Shown piece by piece: positions 19,247 to 31,300 of a DNA stretch of 64,000 nucleotides. This DNA comes from a virus. Taxonomy: Duplodnaviria; Caudoviricetes. The position numbers and the translations under genes were made by a program. The notes under the pieces were generated by a model. It searched no databases. It saw only the letters and a program-made list of their open reading frames with translations, and was not told the DNA's origin. Position 1 is the first letter of the stretch. Every line of letters starts with the position of its first letter. The stretch covers positions 6,495 through 70,494 of IMG/VR virus record IMGVR_UViG_2974720863_000001; one strand, given 5' to 3'.

Positions 19247-19867
19247 ATGCTTGAGATATTAAAGGAAGAACGTAAAGAGAGCGGGGGTACCTATGCCTCA
19301 GGTAAACCTATATTCAAATATTACTACACGGTCAATTGTCCTATTTGTGAGGAAGACTTTGAAATACAAAAAGGGAACCATAGGACAGTTAGGCGTTGTT
19401 ATGGTTGTCGGAATAAGGCCCATAAACAGTCCCATACCAAGCATTACCATGTATGGGATGCTATGAACCAGAGATGTAACAATCCTAAAGCGTCTGGTTA
19501 CTGTCGTTATGGAGGTAAAGGAGTGCAGCAACTATTCCCTTCGTATGAAGAATTCTATGAGTGGTCGATTGCCAATGGATACACTCCTGATGAGGGGCTT
19601 ACCATTGATCGCATCGATTCATCGGGCAACTATGAACCAGACAACTGCAGATGGATACCTGCATCACTGAACTATTCACTCCCTAACCGCAAAGAAGTAT
19701 CACAGTACGACCTAGAGACAGATGAACTTATAAATACCTATGTTTCTGCTAAGGCTGCAGGAGATGCATTAGGGGTAGATTCATCAAGTATTCTTAAGGT
19801 ATGTAGGGGAACTCGTAATAAAGCAGGGAACTATTACTGGAGGTACACTCATGTATTAGATCAGTAA
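19247..19867 (+). CDS. HNH homing endonuclease with a C-terminal NUMOD1-like DNA-binding domain
   Basis: CPIC..CYGC, W..MNQRC.NP, YGGKG, TIDRIDS.GNYEPDNCRW, VSQYDL....I..Y.SA..A. Confidence 0.88.
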   Translation: MLEILKEERKESGGTYASGKPIFKYYYTVNCPICEEDFEIQKGNHRTVRRCYGCRNKAHKQSHTKHYHVWDAMNQRCNNPKASGYCRYGGKGVQQLFPSYEEFYEWSIANGYTPDEGLTIDRIDSSGNYEPDNCRWIPASLNYSLPNRKEVSQYDLETDELINTYVSAKAAGDALGVDSSSILKVCRGTRNKAGNYYWRYTHVLDQ

Positions 19868-19938
19868 CTTGCCTATACATATCGAACCAAGTAAACTCTT
19901 ACTGTTACTTAACGCCCCACGTATCCAAGGAACTAATA

Positions 19939-20451
19939 ATGACAGATACAATTGAAACAAATGAACTAGATTCACTGAAAGAACGTGCTGACCTAATGGG
20001 TATTAAATACTCACCTAACATTGGTGTTGAAAAGCTACGTGAAAAAGTGAATGCGAAGCTTGAAACCCCTACTGAAGCGGTAGCAGGTGGTCCGTCAAAC
20101 AAGCATCAAGAACTACGTAAGCAAGCTACTAAGCTTATTCGTTGTGTTATCACTAACCTGAACCCTTCTAAGAAGGACTCAGAAGGCGAATTCGTTCGTA
20201 CAGGTAACCGAGTGGTTAAAACCATCTCCCGCTTCGTACCATTCGAGCAAGAGACTCACGTAGAGAACGCTATCCTTAACCTACTTAAAGAACGTCAGTA
20301 CTGCGTTGTGGTGCATGAGAAAGGTATTGATGGCAAGAAGATTCCGGTGCGTAAGATGCGTAAAGAGTTTCAAATTGAAATGCTTGAACCACTAACTCCC
20401 CAAGAGTTGGCAGAATTGAAGGAATCTCAGATTAAGCGTAACAGTATTTAA
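19939..20451 (+). CDS. N4 gp55-like protein
   Basis: LK.RADLMGIKYSPNIG.EKLREKVNA; LEPLT.QEL.EL. Confidence 0.75.
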   Translation: MTDTIETNELDSLKERADLMGIKYSPNIGVEKLREKVNAKLETPTEAVAGGPSNKHQELRKQATKLIRCVITNLNPSKKDSEGEFVRTGNRVVKTISRFVPFEQETHVENAILNLLKERQYCVVVHEKGIDGKKIPVRKMRKEFQIEMLEPLTPQELAELKESQIKRNSI

Positions 20452-20474
20452 TCTGAATCAAATCAACGTATACT

Positions 20475-20499
20475 AAGGAGCTGAGAGGCTCCTTTTTTT
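20475..20499 (+). terminator. Rho-independent terminator
   Basis: AAGGAGC-TGAGAG-GCTCCTT followed by a T tract. Confidence 0.7.
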
Positions 20500-20512
20500 A
20501 TAGGTATAGAAT

Positions 20513-21337
20513 ATGGCAATAACGAAAAGACAGTTAACAGGCGGTGAGAAGACGGGGGCAGGACTCTATGATGAGCTAATGCGAACCAGTGAATCTCACC
20601 TCAAGCATGAATTCAAAGCAGGACGAATCGTTGGTAAGGAGTACACCAATGCCTATATGGGCATGATGCAGGCAAACCTGCAGACCGCACTTCAATTTGT
20701 ACTCTCCCGTGAACTTACTAATGAACAGGTCAAGCTCGCCAAAGACCAACTCCTTCAATCCAATAAACAGAATGAGTTATTGGAGCTACAGAAGGCTCAG
20801 TTGGAACTGGCGAACCAGACAGCACAATACAACCTTGATATCACCTTACCTAAGCAGACTGAGATACTGACCTCTCAGGTCACTCAGGCAGCCAAACAGA
20901 TTGAAGTACTTACTGCACAGATTTCACAAGTGAATGCTCAGACTGAATTGGTAGGTAAACAAGAGACTCTTGTGGATGAGCAAATCAAGTCGGAAGGTAC
21001 TAAGACTACCAATCCTACTGGTGGTACTGCTAAGGCTGCTTACGATAAGACTATGGCTGAGATTGATGTACTGGCTCAGAAGAAGATTACTGAACAGAAG
21101 CAAACCACAGGTACTCATACAGATACTGGTGGCCTAGTAGGTTACGAGATGAATCTTAAGTACACTCAGAAGGAATCTTTCCTACGTGATGCTGAGCAGA
21201 AAGCCTCTAAGATTTACTCAGATATCTTCTCTGTAATGTACTCAACAGAAGCTGAGGGCATGGATAATGATGCATGGGGATTCAGTTCTTCTAACTCTAA
21301 TGCAACGCTTAACAAGCTACTCAACGGAGTAGAATAA
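20513..21337 (+). CDS. Virion structural protein (N4 gp54-like)
   Basis: LTGG...G.G..D.LM, EFKAGRI.G.EY..AY, QKESF.RDAE.KA.K. Confidence 0.7.
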   Translation: MAITKRQLTGGEKTGAGLYDELMRTSESHLKHEFKAGRIVGKEYTNAYMGMMQANLQTALQFVLSRELTNEQVKLAKDQLLQSNKQNELLELQKAQLELANQTAQYNLDITLPKQTEILTSQVTQAAKQIEVLTAQISQVNAQTELVGKQETLVDEQIKSEGTKTTNPTGGTAKAAYDKTMAEIDVLAQKKITEQKQTTGTHTDTGGLVGYEMNLKYTQKESFLRDAEQKASKIYSDIFSVMYSTEAEGMDNDAWGFSSSNSNATLNKLLNGVE

Positions 21338-21353
21338 CCTTAGGAGGTATATC

Positions 21354-23228
21354 ATGGGATTGTTTAGTTCTAAGACAAAACACGTGTACAGTTGCTATGC
21401 AACACCGCTGTATGAAGATATGCCTCCGCTTACTAAACAGACCGTAGCGTCAGCAGTTATTAATAACAGGAATATTGGTTCAGACATCACCGCTAACATT
21501 GTTAATGGGATACTGTTCAAAGCAAACCAGTTCTATAACTATGCGAAGAATGGTAACTATCACTGGGGGCTTCCCGAAGGGGAGTCCTCACATACTTCTG
21601 CCATGGCCAAGTCTAATTGTAAGACGGTATTAGAAAGCGTCGAAGGTAAACCTGTCTATGTGAGCAGTGTCCTTATTGAACCAGATGGTATAGGTAACTA
21701 CGTGTACACGGTTAAGTACTATTTACTCGACTCCCGGCTTAACATTACTGGTTCAGAGCTTGAGTGGATTTATAATGAAGGCACAGGCACATACCCTACA
21801 TTGACGTTAGATAAGATAGAGCAAGTCTCTCCTTATTATCCTATCATCCCTGTCCGTCTGAATAATGTGAACCTTGCTGCCCAAGAAGGTTATGAGCATG
21901 CCTCAGACATCCGTAAGGCCTGCAGGTTCCTTGATTTAGATGTTGATACCTTATATGAGGATATCGATTCACAACAGGAGGAAGACTCCTCCAACCCTCC
22001 TGAGGACATGTATGTCGTCATGGGTACATCCATCAGTGCAAATACACAACGAACCAATGAATACCTGTTCCGATACTTTCAGCACATGTATGGGGAAACC
22101 AAAGGGAGTGAAGCAGACTACCTTTACTGGAAAGAGAACCAAGAAACTTCTGAGATGCCACCAAGTACTACAGTAACTATCAAGGACTCTCAGTACCATG
22201 CCACCGTTGCTTGGGATTACATCAACCATGAAGTCACTAATGAGACAGGAAAGAAAGGTACTTATCTGGTTCAGTATGTTTCTAACACTGGACGTATTGA
22301 CCATGGTGACTGGGTAGAGTCCACAAGTGGGGTTAAGGTGAGCTACCAGTTCTCATCTACCCAACGTTTAACTTATCTGGTTCGGGGTTTGGTGTACCGT
22401 AACTTAGTGACAGGTAATAACTGGGTATCTAAGGACTGCGATAATGCTTTCGGTGATCCTGATGACCCTGAGAATGGTGAAGTATTCATTATCCCTTTAC
22501 GTAGGGATATCTGTAAGCAAATGGGTGCCATACGCTCCCATGACCTCCTGTATGAGGCGATACGCTTGCATGTGAATGATGAGTACTCTTACAAGGTTAA
22601 ATGGTACCAGACAGGCTTTGGGAGGATATTTGCCTTAGTGGTAGCAGTAGCCATCTCGGTTATCTTCCAACAATGGCAAGCTGGTGCAGCGATTATGACT
22701 GCGGTGACTGCAGGTTTAATTATCCAGAATGTTATTGTGGCCATCCTCCTTCAACCTCTACTCACTGTATTAGTACAAGATGTATTTGGCGAAGAGTTGG
22801 CTTTATTGGTGACAGCTCTGGTAACTGTATTCGGCGTAGGTGTAGGCTTCTCTGATGGTGCTTTAGCAATAGCGGCAACAGCTCCAAACATATCCAGTAT
22901 TGCCAATGCAACAATGAATCTATATACCGGATTGAAGTCTTTGGACTTTGAGGCTGAACTGGCAAGCTTAACTGAACAACAAGAAGAGCTCACTGAGTTA
23001 TTAGATGCCCAGTATGAAGAGGAGATGCAACAAGCAATTGATGTTAATCTAGTGACTAACATGATTTCTAATGACCCGTTTAACATTATGTCTGCATCTA
23101 GCTTTGTTAGCCAGACTCGTTGGGAAATAGATAAACCTCTGTTATTGACCAAAACCACTGAGCATTTTACTAAAATGTCTCAGTACAATGATTTACCTAA
23201 CAGCACTATTCGCCTAGACGTTTACTAA
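21354..23228 (+). CDS. N4 gp53-like virion protein with a hydrophobic C-terminal region
   Basis: MGLFSSK start; KVKWYQTG followed by hydrophobic helices; synteny. Confidence 0.7.
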   Translation: MGLFSSKTKHVYSCYATPLYEDMPPLTKQTVASAVINNRNIGSDITANIVNGILFKANQFYNYAKNGNYHWGLPEGESSHTSAMAKSNCKTVLESVEGKPVYVSSVLIEPDGIGNYVYTVKYYLLDSRLNITGSELEWIYNEGTGTYPTLTLDKIEQVSPYYPIIPVRLNNVNLAAQEGYEHASDIRKACRFLDLDVDTLYEDIDSQQEEDSSNPPEDMYVVMGTSISANTQRTNEYLFRYFQHMYGETKGSEADYLYWKENQETSEMPPSTTVTIKDSQYHATVAWDYINHEVTNETGKKGTYLVQYVSNTGRIDHGDWVESTSGVKVSYQFSSTQRLTYLVRGLVYRNLVTGNNWVSKDCDNAFGDPDDPENGEVFIIPLRRDICKQMGAIRSHDLLYEAIRLHVNDEYSYKVKWYQTGFGRIFALVVAVAISVIFQQWQAGAAIMTAVTAGLIIQNVIVAILLQPLLTVLVQDVFGEELALLVTALVTVFGVGVGFSDGALAIAATAPNISSIANATMNLYTGLKSLDFEAELASLTEQQEELTELLDAQYEEEMQQAIDVNLVTNMISNDPFNIMSASSFVSQTRWEIDKPLLLTKTTEHFTKMSQYNDLPNSTIRLDVY

Positions 23229-23237
23229 GGAGTAACG

Positions 23238-24095
23238 ATGGTTAACAACATCTACAATACGTATGGGACTACCCCTACAGAGCATTGGCAAAGTATCTTT
23301 AAAGACTACAGTGCCCTACCTATGAACCAAGTAACAAGTGGGCCTACTCAGATGTTTAACGTAGCCCCTATGACGTTACAGAACCAACCTACCTTCTCTG
23401 GACAGCCTGATGTATTCAATGGCAACTTCAGTACGGTAGAGAACATGCCTTCTAATGTACGTAGCTCAGGTAAGGTATTTGACCCTCGCATGATGCAACA
23501 GAACTTGAACTTTGGTGACTCAAGTATGTCACTTGAAGAAGCCATTGGCAGACGTGCAGTACTGAATGGGGAGAATCCTCAAGAGTTAAGTGTGGATACA
23601 GTAACTGGTTCAGATGTCACTGCTCCAATGCTTACAGGCGTACCTGCAGTTCAGCCTTCGGTACAAACCCCTATGCAATCGCCCGTCTTGGAGATGCCTA
23701 CATTGAATCAACCTAATATAGCATTCGATATGTTTGCTCCTACCCAAAACACCGGTATAGGTTCAGGCATTAATTTGGATGCAGGTACTTCTATGGGTTC
23801 GGGAATTACTCTAGATGTTAATGGCGGTATTAGTAATATGCCTGTGAACCAGAATCCCTCTGGAGGCTCTTGGATGGATATGTTTGGCCTTGGTGATATG
23901 TCATCGAAAGATATCTACTCAGGCTTAGCAGCAACCGCTCAGCTTGGTCTAGGTGCCTATGGTATGTTCACCGGCCTCGACCAAATGGATACCCGTCTGG
24001 ACCAGAGCCAGCAATCTATTGACTTACAACGTGATGAGTACGAAGAGAACCTACGTCATCGTCGAGCAATCACTGAGCAGAATAAAAGGGCATAA
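23238..24095 (+). CDS. Probable ejection / internal virion protein (gp52 position)
   Basis: Low complexity, Cys-free, upstream of vRNAP. Confidence 0.5.
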   Translation: MVNNIYNTYGTTPTEHWQSIFKDYSALPMNQVTSGPTQMFNVAPMTLQNQPTFSGQPDVFNGNFSTVENMPSNVRSSGKVFDPRMMQQNLNFGDSSMSLEEAIGRRAVLNGENPQELSVDTVTGSDVTAPMLTGVPAVQPSVQTPMQSPVLEMPTLNQPNIAFDMFAPTQNTGIGSGINLDAGTSMGSGITLDVNGGISNMPVNQNPSGGSWMDMFGLGDMSSKDIYSGLAATAQLGLGAYGMFTGLDQMDTRLDQSQQSIDLQRDEYEENLRHRRAITEQNKRA

Positions 24096-24097
24096 CT

Positions 24098-25306
24098 ATG
24101 GCAGACTTAACGGATATCCTGATTAAACGTCAGGAGAATAAATACAACCGTGACCAGTTCGGTGCATGGCCTGATTTAATGACCGAAGGTAATTGGAATG
24201 CAGGTAACTACCAACAGATGATTAGCCAAGGGCTAGGGAATCTTCTTGGTTCAATTAATGCTCCTGCACAGCGTGAAGCAATGGCACGGCAGGAGGCCAT
24301 TCAAGCAGAGCAGACTCGGTATGATCGTGAGCAAGACAGTATTGCAAATAACTTAGCCTTGAAGAGTGAAACTCGTGCTCAGACTAAGTTTGATAATGCT
24401 CTAGCGGATAAAGCACTGACAAAAGTCAAAGACAATAATAGTAACTTGTTTGCGTTGAACTCCTTACAGGAAGTCCAAGGTGCCTTTGACCAATATCGTG
24501 GTGCTCAGCAAGGTATCCAAGCAGGCGTTCAAAACGGTATCTACTCAATGGATGAAGCAGGTAACTTGGTAGCAACAGAGAATGCAACCAAGGAACAGGC
24601 AGATGCTCTAACAGGCTTCCAGACGCTTCAGGAGAAGCAGAATGAGCTTAAGGCAAGCATTGAGCAACGTATCCTTAAACTGAACTCTGACAACGACTCT
24701 AGCAACGATGTGAATCCTTCTGCATTGGCAAACATCCAGAACAGCATTACTGCTATGGCTCAAGGTGTGGCTCCTACCCAATCACAAGTGACTGGCCTAG
24801 CTAACCGTGAACAAGCGCTGACTTCTAAGTATGAGTCTGAGCTTCAGAAGATAGTTGGAGGCACTTCCCAAGAGCTACTGAATAAGTATGAAGCGTACCA
24901 GAAAGACCCTAATGTAGCGGGGGCTAACGTTGTGAACCAAGCGTTGAAGAATGCAGGCTTTGAAGATGCAGAGAAGCAGCGTGAGGTACTCAGTGAAATC
25001 TCTAACTCTAAGGATAGTTTGCTTAAAGATGCAGGTCTTGAAGATGTATCTCCTCAGCATCAAGAGTTTTTATTAGCTCGTGCAATAGAACTTGGTGCCG
25101 TAGGCGAGGCATCTTTGTTCAGTGCTAAGTTTGGCCGCATTGATAATGTTAATATGGTTCGTGCCTTGAAGAAGGCATACAACGAATTTAACCAAATGAG
25201 TAGCAAAGTTGACAAGAAGCGTCAACTAGAGACTGAATATACAGCAGATATGATAAAAAACAGGGCTCTTTCTGGAATTGTTTCAGGTAAGATAGGCACA
25301 TACTAA
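24098..25306 (+). CDS. Probable ejection protein (gp51 position)
   Basis: Helical, Cys-free, immediately upstream of vRNAP. Confidence 0.55.
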   Translation: MADLTDILIKRQENKYNRDQFGAWPDLMTEGNWNAGNYQQMISQGLGNLLGSINAPAQREAMARQEAIQAEQTRYDREQDSIANNLALKSETRAQTKFDNALADKALTKVKDNNSNLFALNSLQEVQGAFDQYRGAQQGIQAGVQNGIYSMDEAGNLVATENATKEQADALTGFQTLQEKQNELKASIEQRILKLNSDNDSSNDVNPSALANIQNSITAMAQGVAPTQSQVTGLANREQALTSKYESELQKIVGGTSQELLNKYEAYQKDPNVAGANVVNQALKNAGFEDAEKQREVLSEISNSKDSLLKDAGLEDVSPQHQEFLLARAIELGAVGEASLFSAKFGRIDNVNMVRALKKAYNEFNQMSSKVDKKRQLETEYTADMIKNRALSGIVSGKIGTY

Positions 25307-25325
25307 TAAGCTAGGGAACAAACTT

Positions 25326-28300
25326 ATGGCAGTAAAAAACACACTTGGGATGTTTGAGGCAGTAGGACTTAACCCTACTACTGTTTCTAAAGCTGACTCT
25401 GTGGCTAAAGCAGCACAGAGCAAGCAAGCTAAATTCTCATCTCAAGAGTTAAGTCAAAGCTTTGACCAGTTCAAAGCCTTGTACCCTAATTCCTCTTTTG
25501 AAGAACGTCAGAACTTCTTGGTTCAGCAAAACGCTTTCCAACAAAGTCAGAATAACTCTTTTCTAGAGGATGTAGGAACTGACCTAGGTATTGCTTTCGG
25601 TGACCGACTCCCCCAAACAGGGGGAGCACTTCTTGGTCTCGCAGGTGATGCAATTGGTTCAGATACACTCTCACGAGTTGGTTGGGATTATGCCAAGCAA
25701 CAACAGCAAGAGATGCAAGCATCCCAAGAAACTTACTCCCCTGACCTAGCTTCAGCTAAAGCCAATATCTTAGCTCGAGCGGAAGCTCGTAAAGCTGAAG
25801 CGATGAGTGATGGTGATATGTCTGCCATGGACTCCCTGAATGAGTTCTTCGGTACAGTGGGCGATTACATAGTTAATCCTAGAGCAGCAGCTTCAGAGGC
25901 TGTACAGAGCTCAGAATCACTACTGACTATGGTAGCGTCTGGTGGTGTAGCAGGTGCTGTAGCTAAAGGTGCAGTGAAATCAGCGGCTAAGAAAAAGCTA
26001 GGCGATACCCTTAAGAAGAAGTATGTCCAAGAAGCTATAGAAGCTAAAGCAAACCAAGCAGCTCTAACTGCATCAAGTTCAGTAGGTACGGCTTACACAG
26101 GTGCTTCTGAGGGGGCTAACAACGCATTGCAAACCCGTGATGCTTTGAATGAAATCCCTGAAGAAACTCTACGTGAATCTCCAGACTTCCAAGAATACTT
26201 GAAAGAGAACGATGGTGACTTTGATAAAGCGAAGGATGAGTTCGTTAAGTCTGGTACTGCCGACACATTTCTTATCTCTGGTTCAGTGGCTGCCCTAGTA
26301 GGTAAAGCTTCTGGTGCATCAGATACCTTTGCCCAATCCCTAGTGAAGCAAGGTAAGAAATCGGTAGTGAAGGATGCAGTCAAAGCCGGTGTTACTGAGA
26401 CAGTAGAAGAAACAATTCAATCTGGTGCAGGTCAGCTTGTTAGCAACATCCAAGTAAAAGAGGGTGATGCTTCGCAGGACATCCTAGAAGACGTAGGTAC
26501 AAATGCAGGTGCCGGTGCAGTAGCAGGTGGTCTATCTGGTGCAGTGACCTCAGGTGCTGTAGGAGGCCTTCAAAAGGCAGGTGAGACAATCACTAAGGGA
26601 GCAGAGAAAGTTGTACAACAAAAGGCGATTAAAGAACAACAAGCTAAGGCAAAGGAGGAGGATGAGACGGTAGCTGAGTATGATAAGGCTAAAGAATCTC
26701 CTGAGTCTGTATTTGAAGAATTCGAGAATGCTTCAGACGAAGACCTAGTTAAGAATATGCCTAAGGTTGTAACCTCACTGGTTGCTCTACGTGAGAAGCA
26801 GAACTCAGGTGATTTAACTCCTGAAGAATCTGCAGAACTTGGAACCAAGATAGATGCCCTAAAAGCACGTGCTCAAAAGGCAAACGCTGAGGCAATCAAG
26901 AAGACGGCTGAGACTACTGCTAAAGTAGTAGCTGAACCAGAAAAGGCTAATTCAGCGGATACCCAAGGTGCTTTCGTTAATACCGTTGCTACAGGCAATG
27001 CAGATAATGCACAGGTGTTAAAAGGTTCAAAGCATCTTACTACGAACCAGAAGAAACTATTGGATGCTATTAGCAAACCAGAGTCTCCTATTGGTAAGCG
27101 CTTGAAGTCTGCAGAAGAAGTTCATGATGAAGTAGTAGGCGGCGGTGAAGGTTTCACTGGTTTAATGGAATATGTGGATGCCCTGAGTACTGTGGTTACT
27201 GAGAAAGACCCACAACGTGCTTCACGTCTACTGCGTCAACTTACTGGATTTGGTGCCTCACAGCAGAAGAAGATTCAGACAGGTAAGTTCGCTGATGGGA
27301 ATAAGATTCCTGATGCAACTATGGCCTTAATCAAAGATGAAGCGAATGCTATTAAACTGGTTCAAGATGCTTACACCGATACGTTAGAAAAGAGCCTACC
27401 TGAGTTTAAAGACTTCCAACAGTCTGCAACCTCTAAGGTTAAGCAGAAGCTGAATATTGATACCAATACTGCTCCTGATGTAGAAAGCCAAGTAACGCTT
27501 CCTAGAAAGCAACGTAAGGCGATTGTACAAGAAGTCCGTGCAACTCTATTCAATCTTAAAGAAAGCCCTGAGGGGATGGAACAGGTACGCTTCAAGCTAC
27601 GTAAAGCAGGTGTTACCAAGTCTAAGATTGATGCAGTGGAAGAAGCATTCAAAACAGTTGAAGCGATTGAAGGTAAGAAGAACCTTACCCCTGAAGTCCG
27701 TAAAGAACTGAATGATGCAAATACCCTGATTGATGATACCTTCGTTGAGTTAACCTCTGCCTTAGGTGCTGATGGTCTGCGTGAGACTCTGGATAAGTTC
27801 GGAGTTAAAGAGAACGTAGAGAGTGCTTACTCTGTTAAAGAGAATGAGCTAGATGCCTCTAAAGTAGAAGCTACTGAAGGCCATATCCCTGAGCAACCTT
27901 CACAGAAGGAGCTTAGTAGTGAAGCACAGTTCAAGAAGTACAATGAACTGGTTCAGTCTATTAAAGATTATGTTAGCCAGACTCCTGATGCTTTGGATGA
28001 TGCTGACATTAATGCTCAATACAATACCGTGGTTGATACAGAACTGAATGCATTCTCTGAAGGCACTCAAGGCACGTATAACAACGCTGTAGAGTTATTC
28101 AATACACTGGGAGTCACTAATGCTCAAGTCACCACAGCGAATTCTGAGACGAAAGCAGTAACTACTACGCCATCTAACCGTACTTATCAGAATGTGATTG
28201 AAAGGTCTCCTTTCCTGTCTAAGTCATTCCGATTCGTTAAGCGTCAGATTGGCCTACTCCATACTGAGAATTCACTGGTTCAGAAGTTGTCTAATGAAAA

Positions 28301-31300
28301 GACAGATATCTACACTCACCTAACCCGTAACCTGAGCCAGACCGATAAGGATGATTTAAATGCGTTCGCTACTTACTTAGGTAAGTTTGAAAACCACTTA
28401 AACCATACTTTGAAAGCACGTGAAAAGGCTAAAGCAGAAGGCGAGAAGTTTAACCGTGAATACATCAATGACTACCTAGATGAGTTCATTGTGGATGGTA
28501 AGTTTATCCCTAGCGTAGCCTCTGCGATTGCAACAGGTTTTGCTGATTGGATGGCTACCTCTGCGCATAAGACTTTCAGGAATGATGACCGTGGTGTTGC
28601 CAAGTTAATTGGGGAGAACCCTGAGTCATATAATGTGGTTGGTGCGGATGAGAACTTACGTGAAGCAGGTATTGCCCGTACTTATGTGATTGAGCAAGTA
28701 GGTCGTCATATCATGGCTACCATGGGGTTAACACCTAAAGGTACAGCTAACGAGAACATCACTAAGCAAATGGCCTCTAACTTAGGTATTGCAGCCTTAT
28801 CTTCTGCTATGGAGAAGTCAGGTCCAATCCTAGAGCAACACTATGCTCACCGTATGGTGGATGCTAAAGGCAACACTGTGTTTTCGTTTGTGTCTGATTC
28901 AAGTAATCCTGATGAGGCTAAGAAAGCGGCCAAAGAGAAAGGTATTGTAGGCGAGTTTAATACTGCAATTCCTACTGTGAAGATGAAGCTGAATAAGACT
29001 CAACCAGAGGATGGTACCCGTAGGCTGACTACTCTTGCTGACAATGGTATCCGCGGTGCACGTAATGTTTCCTTGATTCGTGACTTCTTTGGTGCTGAGT
29101 CTGCAATCGTTCCTCCTGTCTTTGATGGACAAGAGATGAAAGACCATACCGAAGACCCTAACATGTCTTCTACTCAAGCTGAGGCTATGAATAAGAACCA
29201 GAACCTTGAGTACGAGCTAGATAATGCAGGATGGGATTTATTCTCTCAGTTTGATGAAGAAGCTCAATTAGCCTTAGTAGATACTGTTACTCCTGATGAG
29301 GAAGCTCACGTTAATAATCGTGACCGTAATACCTCTATCCGCGAGAACATCAAACGTGAAGTTGATGGCCTTAAAGAGCTGGTGCGTCAGATGAATGAAG
29401 CTGGTTCAAAGTATGTACGTTTCCCTATGCAAGCATCTAAGCGAAACAAACGTATGACCATGTTGGGTACACTAGGCAATGTACAGAACTCTAAACTGGT
29501 TCGTCACTTGTTTAAGCTGAAAGGTGCTGAGGTTGAGATTGATAGCCCTGCACTACGTACTGCTTACATGAAGGCTGTAATGGAAGCATTGGATGAGGAT
29601 TCTACACAAGGTAAAGGTGTGGATAAATCTTCTGACGTAGCGGTTACTCAGGCGTTCAATGAGCTAGTGAAGTCTGGTAAGTACGCTAAAGCGGTTGAAG
29701 CGATCAAGTCAGGCAAACTAGAGGGTGAAGGTAAAGAAGCTGTACAGGGCTTTGCAAGCTCAATGCACAAGCTTGAAGGTTTGATTGCATTGAGTAAATA
29801 CGATGCAGACAAAGCATTCACAGTAAACCTAGTTAAAGAGAACGATGGTATTACCAATGGTATTGCAATTGCACTACTTCAGTATGCCGGTGCTGACTCT
29901 TTCGATGATTACCGTGAACGTCTAGCGCGTGTTGGTGTATTCGTGAATGGTAACTTCGATACCTTTGGCCAGTTCTCTAATACCGATGGCAACAAAGATT
30001 CCTATGTGGACTTTGGCGATGCTGTAACGAACCGTCTTAAGAAACCTGAAGATTACCCTGCATCAGAGGATAACATTCTTCCTGAACTGAACTTCTTCAC
30101 TACCATTACTAACTTGAACCAGAAAGGATTAGTGAAAGGTTTAGGTGGAGCTAAGGTAGAGGTAGTTACTGCTGATTTCGAAGTGAAGCAGGAACCAGTA
30201 ATTAATGGGTATAAGAACAAGCAGGGCAAGTATGTTACCAAGGGACTTCGTATCCCTCGTGAGTTACATACTCAAGCAGCCAAAGGCTTGCAGTTCTTCC
30301 TAGGTAAAGGCTTCATTAAGAATGGTGAGTTCGTCACTCTTAATGATGAAATCCTTGCCCTTATCCGTGATTTCTCTAAAGACCCATTGATGATTGCTAA
30401 CTATGGTTCATCTATTAAGTCTATCAAGACGTCTATTGCCAGTAAGATTACCGGAGCTGTCACTACTGCACTCGAGGAAGCAAACCGACTGGAAGGTAAG
30501 GCTAGAGAGGTTGCTCTCAAAGATATTGAGTCTGCAGTGAACCTAACCAACATCTTTGGTGTTGAGTCATTTGTAGAGGGTGAGTTGAAACCATGGGAAT
30601 TCAAGTTAGCAGATGATGTGCTTGAGACTACTGTGGATGATACGACTTGGGATGTAATCGCTGCTGCTGTGGATGTGACTTATGGCGCTGCTGTAGATGG
30701 AGCCTTTACAGAGAAGTATGGCAACCAACGTGACACAGTGGATGTCGTTATCCAAGCAACCCGTATCGCTACTGACATCTATGCTCAACAGCTTGAGACA
30801 GCCCGTCAAGCTAAGATGAAAGAACTAGGTAAAGACTGGCTATCGGTAGACGAAGCGAAAGAGGTGAAAGAATCCTTATCAGCTAAATCTCCTATGGTCC
30901 GTCATGCATTAGGTGATGACCGTCTGAAGGATGGTATCTGGATAGCAAAAGGTGAGAAGTCTAAAGACACTACTAAGAACAAATCTGACCAAGTAAAACT
31001 GGCTATGCCTATGGGTGAAACTGGTTCAGTAGAGACTGCAACTTACTCTGATAAGGTAAAAGACCCGGGAGTTTCTGCTGGTGCCATTATGGTTCAATCT
31101 CTGGATGCTTCTGTTCAGGCATTGTTAATGCGTATTGCTGAAATGGTTAACATACATGATGCGAGTATCTTTAAGCTAGCCCAGATGAACGGTAACACTG
31201 AAGAGTACAACCGTATCTTCATGGAGCTGATGTCTGACTACTCAATCATGGATGCAGTCCTTGAGATGCTGAAAGCTTCTCTAGAAGGTGCTACCCCTGA

